Shown one piece after another: positions 1-12,825 of a stretch of 64,000 bases of DNA. The notes beneath the pieces were generated by a model. It saw only the letters and a program-made list of their open reading frames with translations. It was not told the origin of the DNA and did no database searches. The position numbers and the translations under genes were made by a program. The DNA is from Podarcis gaigeae (taxonomy: Eukaryota). Position 1 is the stretch's first letter. Each line of letters starts with the position of its first letter. The stretch lies in NCBI GenBank assembly GCA_964106915.2, contig OZ066916.1. The stretch is one strand, 5' to 3'.

Positions 1-577
1 TATTAGAGAACTGTATACTGTGTTATGCAGCAAGAGTGAATATCAAGAATTAGTAGGCTGAGTAGGAGAGGGGAAAGTAGGATGAAAAGGAAAGCTTGAA
101 GGAGTGGGGGGGGGAGGGTGAAATCCCAGGTCTGAGGTGAGAGATAAGGCACTGTAGGCTTCTGTAGGGTAGAGAGGAGATTTATTAGCAATAGAATAGG
201 CTGCACGGTTTTGTGGAATGATGTGTGTGTGCGCACATGTGTCCCTTGGGCCAAGGATGTGGCTGTTTCATGTGCTGCTGCTCTGAAGCTTTAAGGATAT
301 TTAGCTATTCTTGGTATATAGACAATCGTCCAGGTATTCAAGAGGTAAAAATGCTTCATTTGGTTGGTTGTTTTCCTGTTTGTGGCCGCTTCTTGCAGAT
401 CCTTTCTCCTTGTTTAGAAGCTTTTAGAATTCTCAAAGATGATGTTTAACTTTGGATGGATTTTTATATAGAACGACAGGATGGAAAATTAAATAAATGA
501 CCAGAAAGGAGAATAGAGATCCTCAGTCTCTGTTTTGATCAATATGTCTGTTTGACAAAGCTATGAAGTCATGCAAA

Positions 578-935
578 GACTGCCTCTCCCCATATGAACC
601 TACCTGGGTCTTTCGATCATAATCTGAGGCCTTTCTTTGTGTGCCTCCTCAAGAAGTCCAGAGGGTGGCAACCTGAGAACAGGCTTTTTCTGTGGTGGCT
701 CCCTGTTGTGGAATGATCTCCCCAGGGAGGCTCACCTGGCCCCTTCATTACGTAGCCTTAGGTGCCAAGCAAAAATGTTTCTCTTCAACCAGCTGATTAA
801 CATTCTATGGCTTTTTACATATGTTTGTGAGATGGAGAGTTACTGGTTTGTTTTCATTTATTATGTATTTTGTATTCTCATTTTGTATTTTTCTGATGCA
901 AAGCACCCTGGCATACAAATTTAATTAATAATAGT
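578..935 (+). mobile_element. Degraded L2-clade LINE 3' fragment
   Basis: Contains RTGFFCGGSLLWNDLPREAHLAPSLRSLRCQAK, similar to the RAFSVVAPALWNALP C-terminus of the better-preserved copies at 40493 and 46491. Confidence 0.7.
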
Positions 936-1665
936 AATGCAAGAGATCTGACTCTTTGAATTATAGGTACATCCTGTCAAATGTGAAGGGTGATGTACAT
1001 GTGTACAATATTTGGCATATGCCTCCTCCTCCTCATTATTAAACACTCTATAGCAGCTGTATTCGGAACTGCTTCACACTTCTTAAAAGCAACACATGCC
1101 CGATTATGCTTGCTTTGTCGCTGTACATATGTAGTTTGTACACAGGCAAGCATGCCTGACTATGGACAGTAACAGAAAATGGGAGTCAAATGAGAATTGA
1201 TCACTATTCCTGCAAAAGGAAGCACATCAAACACTATTCAAGTTAAAGAGCTTTGCTATGTCCTTGGTCTTGTCATGAAAGTATTCCAAGAGGGGCAAAT
1301 GGTGGCATCTTCTTGTCAAAGAATAAGAGAAAGACAGCTTGGAATGCTTTTCACTTCTTAAGAAGTACAGAAAAAGTTTCCCTCTGATTAAAAAACCTTC
1401 CCTCCAAAGGGCTGGGTGCATTGCCACTGCTATATTTCTAGAGAAAGAGGCGGCAGAACCCACCATGAATGCCTCCTTCATTCTCTTATAATGGCAATGG
1501 GATCCACTGAGCTGGAAAAAAAAGTCCTGTGCATTACCAATCAGTGCAGTTGTCCTTTTGTTTGCCTTATAGCTGTATGGGTCCCTGTTTTTACGATCTT
1601 CTCGTCTCCTGTTTTCCTGACCTCACCTTCTTGTTGTTGTGAATATTGCAATAACTTCTTAATGA

Positions 1666-1785
<120 letters not shown>

Positions 1786-2047
1786 TAGCTGCCCATTTGG
1801 GGGAGAAGAAGCCTGTTGGCTAGTAGGAGCACTTTTGCTTATTTTTTCCTGGCAAAACTCTTAAGCAACTATGTGAACACTTAGGTCCGTGGTAGAAATC
1901 TAATAAAAGTGGATAGGTTGTTTCTTGCTGTGTGTGTTTCAGGCATTTCCCGGTCAACACTTGGTGTGAGGCACTCTGTCCCCTGCATATCAAAGCAGAC
2001 AGGGTTCTTAACTGCATGTCACAGATCGCTCGGGGGTCAGATAATTC

Positions 2048-2184
2048 CATGCCCTCCAACATTTCTCTGACGAGAAGAGGGACATCCTAACAAAAAGTGG
2101 TACATCCCAGGATCAAATCAGAAACCAGGACGGCTTCTGTAAATCCGGTAATGTCCCTGTAAATAGGGATACTTGGAGGGTCTG
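2048..2184. mobile_element. Short non-autonomous DNA transposon (hAT-like)
   Basis: Imperfect TIR CATGCCCTCCAA...TTGGAGGGTCTG with GGGAC/GTCCC subterminal motifs. No clear TSD. Confidence 0.5.
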
Positions 2185-2756
2185 CTCTCACCCTTCCTAA
2201 TGCCATTGGCAATGTTGTGTTGAGGCAGAGACCAAATAATCCCCGCCCCCATAATGAGGGAGGCAGTAATTGGGAGAAATTCAAGTATTATCAGTCTGAG
2301 TTCAAAGAACCATGAATAGAAGGATTAAGAGATTCAACTGTGTACGCACAAGAGTCTGTGTAATGTGCATAATAGTGGTTTCTATAGCAGTTATCAAAAA
2401 CCTGTTGCACAAGCAAAACATCTTCGAATTTTTGTTTTCCTTTCAATTGTACCACAGTTGAGTGCAAGATGTAAAACAGCCCTTCCTTGGGCGGAAGATT
2501 CTTCCTGCATGCAGAAGGTTAAGTTTAGATCTGATAAAATGTGAGATTTTAAAGCTTGGATACTTTTTTGAAACACTGTTTTTGGTAGGTTTCTTTTCGT
2601 TTTGTTTTTATGTCGTTTTTCTGCTGTCACGTATTTAAAAATGCCTAAACCGTGAAAAAGAAAAAGAAAAAAGTTATTCCCCAATTTTCTCTCTCTCTTC
2701 CACAGCTTGATAAGTTTACACTGTGAGAAGTAATGTTATAACTTGCTCTGAAATAA

Positions 2757-3053
<297 letters not shown>

Positions 3054-3144
3054 TGAATGAGGTTCCTGGAAAAGTTAATAGTTACCTTAGAATAAAGTAA
3101 GAACTTTAATTGCCCTTCAGAATATTTTAAAAGGCAGCTTTGTT

Positions 3145-3431
3145 CTTGTTTAGTTGTTTAGTTGTGTCCGACTCTTCATGACCTCATGGACCAGAGCACG
3201 CCAGGCACTCCTGTCCTCTACTGCCTCCCGCAGTTTGGTCAAACTCATGCTGGTAGCTTTGAGAACACTGTCCAACCATCTCATCCTCTGTCGTCCCCTT
3301 CTCCTTGTGCCCTCCACCTTTCCCAACATCAGGGTCTTTTCCAGGGAGTCTTCTCTTCTCATGAGGTGGCCAAAGTATAGGGGCCTCAGCTTCACGATCT
3401 GTCCTTCCAGTGAGCACTCGGGGCTGATTTC
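3145..3431 (-). mobile_element. BovB (RTE) LINE 3' fragment
   Basis: Encodes YFGHLMRREDSLEKTLMLGKVEGTRRRGRQRMRWLDSV, the BovB ORF C-terminus, followed by a CAA-rich tail. Confidence 0.92.
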
Positions 3432-4292
3432 ATGTCCTACTAATTTGATCCATGGGATCTAGAGCAGTATGTGCTACGAATGGAAAGCAAGTGTGTTCCA
3501 CAAATAGGCTTGCAGGACCAAGAGCTCTGGATGTTCTGGGAAACTGGCTATGTTGGCGGGAAGGCAAATGAAGCCAGGTAGCCAGAAAACTATCCCGTTT
3601 GTCTTCTGGACTCAAAATATAGTTCATGAGTAAAGCAAAACCATCAGGAATATTTTTGTTTAAAGGGGATTTACTATTTCATTAACTGGTGTAATCTATA
3701 ACAGTTAATACTATATCTTGGCTGATTTGCCATTATCTTTACCTGAATAAAGATTTCAGTTTGCCTTGCCAAATGGAGCTAATGCTTGCTTACCACTAGT
3801 CAGATGCTCAGGACAAAGAGAGAATCCAAAGACTTCATATAATGCATTCAGTTTTGTTACCAAATAGTAAACCACATTGGCTCTGTTTTTCCAGGTACAG
3901 CTTTAACATAAATGTCATAGGAGACTCTGGTTTGAAGGGTAATTTTGCTTGGGTCCAGTTTATCTCCAAATAACCCAGTTCTTAGCAAGACTTATTTTCC
4001 ACAAGTTTGAAATGCCTTTCAAATATTTTGGCTACTTTTTTATAAGTTAGCTTTATAGTTAATAAATACAACAACACTGTAATTGTAACATATAGGAGAT
4101 TGATATTTATTTATTTGTTTAATTTACATCCCACCCATGCTACATTGATAGCCCAGTTGTTTTATGTGATACTAAAACTAAAAGAACACTTCTCTTGTTC
4201 TGTTTCTTCAGGGATGCTTTCTTTGGCTGTCAGTCCATGCAGCCTTCAGAGGAAATGTCCTAGTGTTAAGAACTTCTGTAGTCATCATGATA

Positions 4293-4631
4293 GGGACGCG
4301 GGTGGCACTGTGGGTTAAACCACAGAGCCTAGGACTTGCTGATCAGAAGGTCGGCGGTTCGAATCCCCGCGACGGTCCCTGCTCCTGCCAACCTAGCAGT
4401 TCGAAAGCATGTCAAAGTGCAAGTAGATAAATAGGTACCACTCCGGCGGGAAGGTAAACAGCGTTTCCGTGTGCTGCTCTGGTTCGCCAGAAGTGGCTTA
4501 GTCATGCTGGCCATATGACCCGGAAGCTGTCTGCGGACAAATGCCGGCTCCCTCGGCCAATAAAGCGAGATGAGCGCCGCAACCCCAGAGTTGGTCACAA
4601 CTGGACCTAATGGTCAGGGGTCCCTTTACCT
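4293..4631 (+). mobile_element. Sauria-type (BovB-partner) tRNA SINE with 13-bp TSD
   Basis: Pol III A/B boxes (GTGGCACTGTGG, GGTTCGAATCC) and ACCTTT-type tail. TSD tagtcatcatgat at 4279-4291 and 4632-4644. Confidence 0.92.
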
Positions 4632-5652
4632 TAGTCATCATGATGAGCGTGCCTCTGTGAACTGTTCCTTTGTTTTGTTCAGAGAATAATTTCTGAGTAG
4701 AAAAGCATCTGTGTCTATCCTGGCACGGATGGTTCAAATTACTTCCCTCTATTTCATGGTGCTAAAAACTTGAGTCTTCCTCTTCCCCTCTGCTGCATGC
4801 CCCAAAAATCTGCTCTGTTGGTTCCCTTTACCCTCTGAAGCATTGGGTATAGCCCACAGTGTAGTGTGTCAGTTTTTGGACAAAAGGATCTTACAGAAGG
4901 GACTGGACCAGATTTATTGGCTTCTGAGAAGTAGATGTATGGGAATGGGACTCTCCTGCTAGCACACATGAATGGGAAAAGCCTGAGAGAGCCTGAGTCT
5001 CTAGGTTACTGGAGTGGGGTACCCACCAATATTATCACAGGGTAGCTAGACAGTTGAGTGATTACCAGAATCTGTTTCTTGCATTTTTTGGTACCTTTTC
5101 CTGTTACTTTGGGTGGCATTGCACACGTCATAGTTATGGTATACTGTTTGCATTGACATTCCCTGTGTCTTGAATTGGTTGGGCTCCAGTCTGTTCTATC
5201 TGCAAACGAGATATGAAACAAAGCTAAGGCCCTGCACTGTTCCCCTTTTAACCAGGAAGGGAGAATCGTGTATTATCCATATTAGCTATTTCCCAGGGAC
5301 AGGGTGGTGGGGATGTATGCTGCCACATACCTGGCCTCCAAGCAGCCATGTTGTGCCCACCAAGAAGGGGAAGGGCGAGGCAGTGGGGAGATGGACACAG
5401 TGATATGGAGCCAAAACAGGGATGCCCACCACTATGCCTGCACTGGCATCCTGATGGTTTTGCCCACTCTCCCTCCTGGTGAGCACAACAGTCCAGCTGC
5501 CAGTAGCCCCTCTTTCCAGTTTTGTTGCCATCCCATTCAGTGGTTACATGTGGCTAATGGCACGTTCCATTGAATTGCTGAAAGAGTGCCTTTTCAGATT
5601 GCTCAGATCGAAAAGTTTTATGGTTTCTTCAGTGTCCAATGTTTGTTTGCAG

Positions 5653-5679
5653 ATTTTGCACCATTTTTGACCAACTCAA
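5653..5679 (+). CDS. MYO6: Myosin VI alternatively spliced small-insert (SI) exon, 27 nt, DFAPFLTNS
   Basis: gtttgtttgcag acceptor and gtaagt donor. Phase 1-1 and frame-preserving. Matches the known mammalian SI peptide DFAPFLNNS. Confidence 0.95.
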
Positions 5680-7130
5680 GTAAGTGAGGGAATTGGTTTA
5701 TTTCAGCTAACTTTGCACATAGGAAAAACATAGGCTCCGATTTACTAACCCTAACGAAATACTGTGTTTTGCTACATTTGTGTCACGTCATACTTGGCCT
5801 GGTAATTATTTTGTCATCTAAAAGTGCTCAGGGAGCTGCAGGAAAAAGATAGCAGCCCATGACGATATTCATGTTACCATAGGAATATTGTTCTTAATTA
5901 TAAAAAGGAATGGTGATAAATTCATATGATGCGGCATTTCTGCAGCTTGTGCCTGTCAGAGACATCTTTTTCTGTTGTAGCAAAACACTTGAACTTTTGT
6001 TAATCGACTAACCTTAGAATAAAAATTAACATCTACGGTGCTGGTTTTAGGAGGAGGAAATTAATCTCTCTTTTCCAAAGGGCTTTGTTTACTCTGCAGA
6101 ATATCCTTGGTCTGAGTACAGGAGGATGAGGAAAAAGACCTGTCTAGCTGCCTTTGAGTGCCAATAAAATGCTCTTAATTCTCAGCCCTCTTTATGGCTC
6201 ACCCTTATGCACATTCGTGAAAGCCACAGCCTCCATTTACTTCAAAGTATATTGAGGAGACTTACAGAAATAGATGTATTACTTTGCATGTCAGTTAATT
6301 TAAATGAAAATAAACAGGCTTAATAATTCTCCCAGAAAAATACACACTAACTATTTACATGAATGTTTGCCGGTGATGCCAATGGATAAATTGGACATAA
6401 TATTTATGGTTTAAAGCCTAATTATAGCAAAAGGGTCTTTTTACTCATTTCTACACTGGGAATATTTCTACACTGGGATAAACAATGGCTATTTCTGGAT
6501 TTATTAACACCACATGTATGAATGAGGGCAAGATACACTTATTTTCTGTTCCTAGTTGCCAATATGTTGCCTATAAATTGGGAGGGGATGGAATAAATAA
6601 ATCAGATGTTATAGCAGCTCATCATTTTTTATTGAGCCAGGCAGAGTCCATAACCAGATTCACTACTTAAAGTTGGTTGGCTAACAGAGGAATTCAATGT
6701 TAATTATTTTAATACTGAATTACTGAAATGTCTTTTCTGTTTAGTCGCCTACAACAGTTGTATTCTTAGCATCTTTAAAAATATATATTATTATTTATTA
6801 AATTTGCTTACCACCCTTCATCTATAGATCTCAGGGTGGTTCACAACATAAACAGTTGTTGAGAAGAGTTCTTTCTTAGGTGAACTTGAACAGTATGCAT
6901 TGAGTTTCAATGGCAATGTGGGAAGTTGCAATCAAGTTGAGGCTACTTCTGAGCCTGGTTCCAGTTAACATCTGCAGCAGGTTTTAGTGCAAACTAAGGG
7001 ACCAGTTTCTACTACTGGATCAGATTTATGTAATGCTATTGTGAATTCATGTTTACTTATATTAATGGCATTTTTGCCAAGTTCACGTCTCTCAAAGTTC
7101 AGGAAATGGCCCTCCCCTTCTCTCTCTCAG

Positions 7131-7145
7131 AATGTGGGATTTCAG
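7131..7145 (+). CDS. MYO6: Candidate additional 15-nt MYO6 microexon (E/K-CGIS)
   Basis: An 18-nt pure pyrimidine tract plus AG (7111-7130) precedes it and CAG|GTAAGC follows it. It is phase 1-1 compatible and has no stop. No transcript evidence is available. Confidence 0.45.
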
Positions 7146-7311
7146 GTAAGCTAAACGGTGACTGTTTCTCAACCTGTACCTATCATTCACCTTCTCTTAT
7201 GCCGTTCGTATCTACTCCAGGTTGTAGGGTAACTTAACTTGTGAAACTATGCTTTAAGGTGTTTCCTTTGGGAGCAGTATTATGATTCATTTCCCTGCTA
7301 TGGAATACAGA

Positions 7312-7553
7312 CAGTGGTACCTTGATTCTCAAACTTAATCCATTCCAGGAGTCCATCCGACTCCCGAAACCATTCGAAAACCAAGGTGCAGCTTCTGATT
7401 GGCTGCCGGAGCTTCCTGCATTCAACTGGAAGCTGTGTCAGACATCTGGCTTCTGAGAAACATTTGCAAACTGGAACACTCACTTCCAGGATTACGGCGT
7501 TTGGGAGCCGATTTGTTCAGGAGCCAAGCCCTTTGAGTACCACGGTACCACTG
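7312..7553. mobile_element. pogo/Tigger-like (Tc1/mariner superfamily) MITE, 242 bp
   Basis: TIR CAGTGGTACC...GGTACCACTG with TA on the right flank. Confidence 0.85.
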
Positions 7554-7670
7554 TAATCATATTTTCACTATTTTCCTACTTTCTGTGTAGATTAAACAAC
7601 AGAAGTAACTGTACTGAAGATTGATTTTGATCCTTGGCTTGCGAATGTTAACCTTAGTTATTCCTCGTAG

Positions 7671-7892
7671 CTCAACAGAACCCAACAAGCCAGTTGTCTG
7701 CCAGGCAGCAGCAAGAGGCAGAGATGAGTCGGCAGCAGCGTTACTTCCGTATTCCGTTCATCCGCCCGGCGGACCAATACAAAGATCCGCAGAACAAGAA
7801 GAAAGGCTGGTGGTATGCGCACTTTGATGGACCATGGATTGCTCGGCAAATGGAGCTTCATCCTGATAAGCCACCTATCTTGCTAGTGGCTG
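7671..7892 (+). CDS. MYO6: Myosin VI cargo-binding domain exon with WWY motif ([30 protein letters not shown]...[29 protein letters not shown])
   Basis: ttcctcgtag acceptor and gttggt donor at 7893. 222 nt, phase 1-1. Confidence 0.98.
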
Positions 7893-9571
7893 GTTGGTAT
7901 TCATTTTTAGTTTTGTTATGCAATGAAAAGTGGAATCCTAGGCCCCTTTTAGTGGAAAAAACAAACTGAGATTTGTTGCAGGAAAGAGGAGTTACAAATA
8001 AAATCCAAATGCTGTATTCAAAAAGGCTGTACCATCATATAACCAACTTCATTATGAAACACCCCATAATCACTTAAGCAAAGCAGTGAATGATGGCTTT
8101 GTTATATCAGTATTATATTTGCAGAGCATCCTTACAGCTTTAGACGTTTTAACTTACTTTTCATGCTTCCTACTAGATTGGCCTTTGAACAAGTTATCCT
8201 GCTGCTACTTTCAAGGAAAATAGGGGGGAACAGCAGCTCCTATGCCTCCCGCACCCTCCTTTTCTTCTTTAAATAGAAGAAAATGTGTTCAAAGGTCAGT
8301 CTAGCAGGAAGTACCAAAAAAATCCAGGATCCATTTTGCTCCAGAGCTATCCTAGAACAGTATTTCATGCACCAGTATCCTTGACACTGAAGGGAATGGA
8401 GAAACCTTGAGTCACTGGGCTAAAGGAAATGTATGAAGCACAATGCATTTTTTACAAGGATTGGAGGGAAAGGGACCTGTTGATAAAAATGGATGTGTTT
8501 AATTAAGCTTGGTCTCCCTAATTTCCAAAGACATCAGTCCTTAATTAGAGTAATGAGAATAACTACATTATTTGGCAGCTCCTAAACACATTTCAGTACT
8601 TAATACAGACTGTTATACAGATATTACTGTAGGACACTGCTCTTAATCTATATGGCCTGATTTTAAACAAAATCCCATATATCCAAGCAAGCGTAATTTA
8701 GTTCATTTAATGAGACTGAAGCAAAACCAAATACTGATTATCTCTTGTTTATTTAAAAAAATGGGATGCTCACATTTTCAGAAAAAGTCATAAATGTCTG
8801 GGTAAGCATTTAGCGTTTAAAACCACACTACTCACTTTGTGATGCTGTTGAGACTGTTTAGCTACAGTGCCACAGACCATGGTTCAGTTCATACATCCTT
8901 CTACATCACTTGGTGTGCAATTAAATTGCTGAGCTGATCCCTTTGAAAAGCACTGGCAGAGAGGTCATAACATTTCGCCTGTAGTTGATGCTGCAATCAT
9001 CAAGTGATGGGCGTGTAAATGTGAACCAATCCTCTGCTATTGTTAATTTCTCACTTCTAAGGAAATGCACTAGTAAGTGGTGTGGAAAGCTAACAGTGCC
9101 CATAACCAAACCAAAGGAAGCCCTGTAAAAGTATGCAATATTTCTCTAAGTGTGCTGTGCACGTGCCAACACTCACATCTTCTGTCATTTGATCATCGTG
9201 TGATTGTGTTGCAGTTGCCCTCCTTGTGGCAATATTGCTATGGGGAAGACTCTTAAGTCCAGCTTTCTCTCCACATGAGAGGAGACTTTTAGATTCTGAA
9301 GTGGTATAGTCTGGCAAGAGAACTGAATAGTATCACTGAAACATTTTCAGACTGGGGTTTTACATCCAAGACATTATATCTTAATTCACTTATTTTTCTT
9401 TTGCCCTTTTATGAAGAATGGAGTCTTGTTATTCCTTACTCTCAAAGCAATGTCTTGTATCTAAAGAAGCTTTGGGCTTCTAGTTTTTGATTTATAGTCC
9501 CAGTATCTCATGTTGTATCACATAACTGTTCCTGAAGGTTCCCAGAGTTTATATTATGTGTACAAATACAA

Positions 9572-9574
<3 letters not shown>

Positions 9575-9604
<30 letters not shown>
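9575..9604. repeat. (TG)n microsatellite
   Basis: Direct reading. Confidence 0.95.
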
Positions 9605-9607
<3 letters not shown>

Positions 9608-9691
9608 CTCTTAAGATCTCTGGCAATATTTTTAGTACTGAGGTAATGCCTTTCTCATGTTCACTGTCACTTTGTTTCAACTTTATGAGTA

Positions 9692-9936
9692 CAGTGGTAC
9701 CTCGGGTTAAGTACTTAATTCGTCCTGGAGGTCCATTCTTAACCTGAAACTGTTCTTAACCTGAAGCACCACTTTAGCTAATGGGGCCTCCTGCTGCTGC
9801 CGCCGCGCCGCCGGAGCACAATTTCTGTTCTCATCCTGAAGCAAAGTTCTTAACCTGAAGCACTCTTTCTGGGTTAGTGGAGTCTGTAACCTGAAGCGTA
9901 TGTAACCTGAAGCGTATGTAACCCGAGGTACCACTG
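9692..9936. mobile_element. pogo/Tigger-like MITE, 245 bp
   Basis: Perfect 18-bp TIR CAGTGGTACCTCGGGTTA, TA TSD on both sides, and internal TAACCTGAAGC repeats. Confidence 0.93.
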
Positions 9937-10064
9937 TATGTGTTAAATTATAAACACAACACAGTAAGTCCAGTAAGTGTAGGAGAAACTGGAAACCCAT
10001 TGTATGTTTTGTTAAATCTGGTGGTGTTTTTCCTCCCCCCCCCTTTTTTTTTTTGACATCCCAG

Positions 10065-10264
10065 GCAAGGATGACATGGAGATGTGTGAGCTGAATCTTG
10101 AAGAGACTGGCTTGACTCGTAAGCGTGGAGCTGAGATTTTGCCGAGGCAGTTTGAAGAGATCTGGGAGCGCTGTGGGGGAATCCAGTATCTTCAAAATGC
10201 AATTGAGAGCAAACAAGCTCGGCCTACGTATGCAACTGCTATGTTGCAGAACCTGTTGAAATAA
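10065..10264 (+). CDS. MYO6: Myosin VI terminal coding exon ([66 protein letters not shown])
   Basis: Long pyrimidine tract plus cag ending at 10064, and TAA stop at 10262-10264. Canonical myosin VI C-terminus. Confidence 0.98.
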
Positions 10265-12067
10265 GTAGTCACTTTCTACATTAACACTTGGTCCCGTCCC
10301 CCACCTTAACAATAAAGGGAAGAATTCCTCTGAGCAGCAGAGGACACTTAAACATTCTGTAATTGTCTAGAGATGTTTAATATAAAGTAAACAGATTTTA
10401 TTAATGTGGCAGTTTTTAATTTGTATTTCTGATGTTTTAATTTGTGTAGTGAATTCACTAGTTCTGAGGGTCTGAGCATCCGTTTCAGCCAACTACGTGG
10501 TTTGCTTTTTTCGTTCATGCACCAATCCCTGCCCATAGCATCTGTCATGACACTCAAAGTGCTGTAACATAGAGTAACACTCTACTGGGACTTAACTACA
10601 TAACAATGACTGCATTTTGTCTTCCTCTTTACACTGTTAATTCCTTTGTGATACCCAGAATGTTAGTCTCTCCTTCAAGATAGCATAGCAAAAAGAAAAA
10701 AAGTACATTGCATCTTATAACTGGAATTGTGAGGCCTTATTGTTAACTTCTACTGTAGAGGTTAAAAAAAAAACTTTTATAAGATGAAAGACTTCATGTG
10801 CAACTTATGAAAACTGCTTGACATCTAGGTAGATGTCCACAAGAAAGCATTTTGGGAAATGTGTCTTAGGTAGATTGCAGGATTTCAACTACTGAGAGCA
10901 GGACAATTGTGTCTGGAGTACTTAGGGATAGATTTGCTGATGCATACTGAATTTACTAAGCAGTGGGTTTTTCCTTTTTTAACTATTTTTTACAAGACAA
11001 ATTTGTTCAGGCAATTCTTCATTTTTATTTTTCGGTTATAACTTTCTTAGTCAAACAAAGGAAGACAGAGTTAAGCAATATTTTACAAAAATATATACCT
11101 AGATACATTTAGGATTGAAAGCATAAGGGAAGTGGGTTCCATTTTTCATGACAGCACAGCCTAATTGTCAGCTGAATTTTGCTGTTCCTTTGTACTTCAG
11201 TGCAATGCACATGGGATTAGGTGGCTTCTGTCAGAAACTTTCAGACTCTTGACGAGTGGCACAGCACTGGAATTTCTAATTGCGCCATGCTGCTTCAAAT
11301 GGCTTAACTTCATAGTGTTAAAGTAATAAACTTTTCTTCTAATCTTACAGATTATTTTTTTTGCAGCTAATCTTCCAACTTCAGGCTTTGTGGGTTGCTT
11401 TTTTTTGCTAATGTACCCTGGATGGTAATTAAATTTCTTATGTATAACGATTACTTGTTTCACACAGATGGAAGTTGCCTTTTATTGATGTTGCCGGATA
11501 GCCCTATAGCTGGCTAATATCAACAGATTAAACCTTGGTATTATCTCAGTGTTAGGAGATTTGGGGAAATAAGTATTGTCTGGTTGGGAAGGAAACAGAT
11601 TGAATTTGGGGAGGCTTCCCCTCCCTTAGTATATTAAGAAGCTAATTACATTTCTGGGCTGTAGTTTTTAATTCTTCAATATACTTTCTAAGCACACCAT
11701 TGTCACTGCCTTCTGCCATAGCATGCCTCTTGGCAAAAATACTCTCTGCAGTGTAAAAACTATCAATGTAAAACGCTAAGCGGCCACATGGCTCCCAACT
11801 TTGGGACAGGGTTGAGAGGATGTAAAACTGCAATATTTATTAACCTCCAATTTTAATGCATGGTTTAAAACTGTTCACACCCTGTCTATTTCCATCTTGT
11901 CTTCAGTCTGTAAAAACCCCTATTCCTGCACATCAACTTTCTGAAGATCTGGTTGGCATGGTCATCTCTGACAGCCTTGATTGTCGAAGTTGCCACCACC
12001 AAAAATCCATCAGAGGTTGCACATGCAACCTTCACCCCCCCCCCCCAGTGGGATCCATGACTTAAAT

Positions 12068-12192
12068 CTAGGAATGAGGAACCTGTTGCTCGCCAGATGT
12101 TGTTGAACTAAAATTCTCACCATTGGCCGTTCTGGCTGAAGTTGATGGGAATCAGAGCCCAGCAAAATCTAGAGGGTCACAAGCACGCCCCA
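12068..12192. mobile_element. Degraded palindromic hAT-type MITE within the MYO6 3'UTR
   Basis: Similar to the CCAGATGTTGTTGGACTACAACTCCC...GATGGGA..TGTAGTCC family at 38264. Confidence 0.6.
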
Positions 12193-12686
12193 ATTTAAAG
12201 GCACTTCTAATCACACAAAGGAGGGTCTTGCTGTCCCCAGCCTCCTGCATTGCGCCATTTGCTATTTTGGAAAAACCCTGATTTTAGGTCAAAAGGAGCA
12301 ACAGGAAGGAGGAGGCAGCACAGAGCCTGCTTGCAGTTCATGGGATCCAAGTTTATGTATGGAGCCCTCTGTTTTGGATGGTTAGGATCCAGCAACAGGA
12401 ACAATGCATACAACACATTTTTTGCCATGTAGGGCTAGAGCGAGAGAGGATTTTTGTGCTGGTCCTGAACTCGCAGAACCCCTCTAATCAATGTTAGGCA
12501 GAACAAGATTAGTATATTCAATGCAAAATTGCTGACCTGAGGCCATAGGGACTGGATGTTAGAATTAATGATATAGTCATAAGCTAAGCATTAACTGACC
12601 ATGATCTAATTGGATACTTCACTAGGTGAAGGCTATGCTTTAGATCTGATTGGTGTCACAAATACATACAAGGCCAGTTGGATAAC

Positions 12687-12825
12687 CAGAGCTTTTTTTC
12701 CTGGGGGTACTCAAGGGCACACGGTATTGGCACCTTTTCTCCCTCAGATGTTAAAAGTGTGTCACTTACTGTAACAACTTCATGGTGAGTACCGGCACCT
12801 TTTTTCTTCTTCTAAAAAAGCACTG
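12687..12825. mobile_element. hAT MITE, 139 bp, in the MYO6 3'UTR
   Basis: TIR CAG(A/T)GCTTTTTT...AAAAAAGCACTG. Perfect 8-bp TSD tggataac at 12679-12686 and 12826-12833. Confidence 0.88.

Noticed and set aside
6447-6480. Small tandem duplications (also 29505-29537 and 49492-49511)
   Set aside because: These are ordinary two-copy slippage events with no functional context.
9740-9925. Regularly recurring TAACCTGAAGC units resembling a CRISPR-like array
   Set aside because: The units are short, irregularly spaced subterminal repeats inside a TIR/TA-bounded MITE in a vertebrate intron.
9707-10312. 201-aa minus-strand ORF
   Set aside because: It is the antisense shadow of the MYO6 last exon joined to a MITE, with no independent coding signal.
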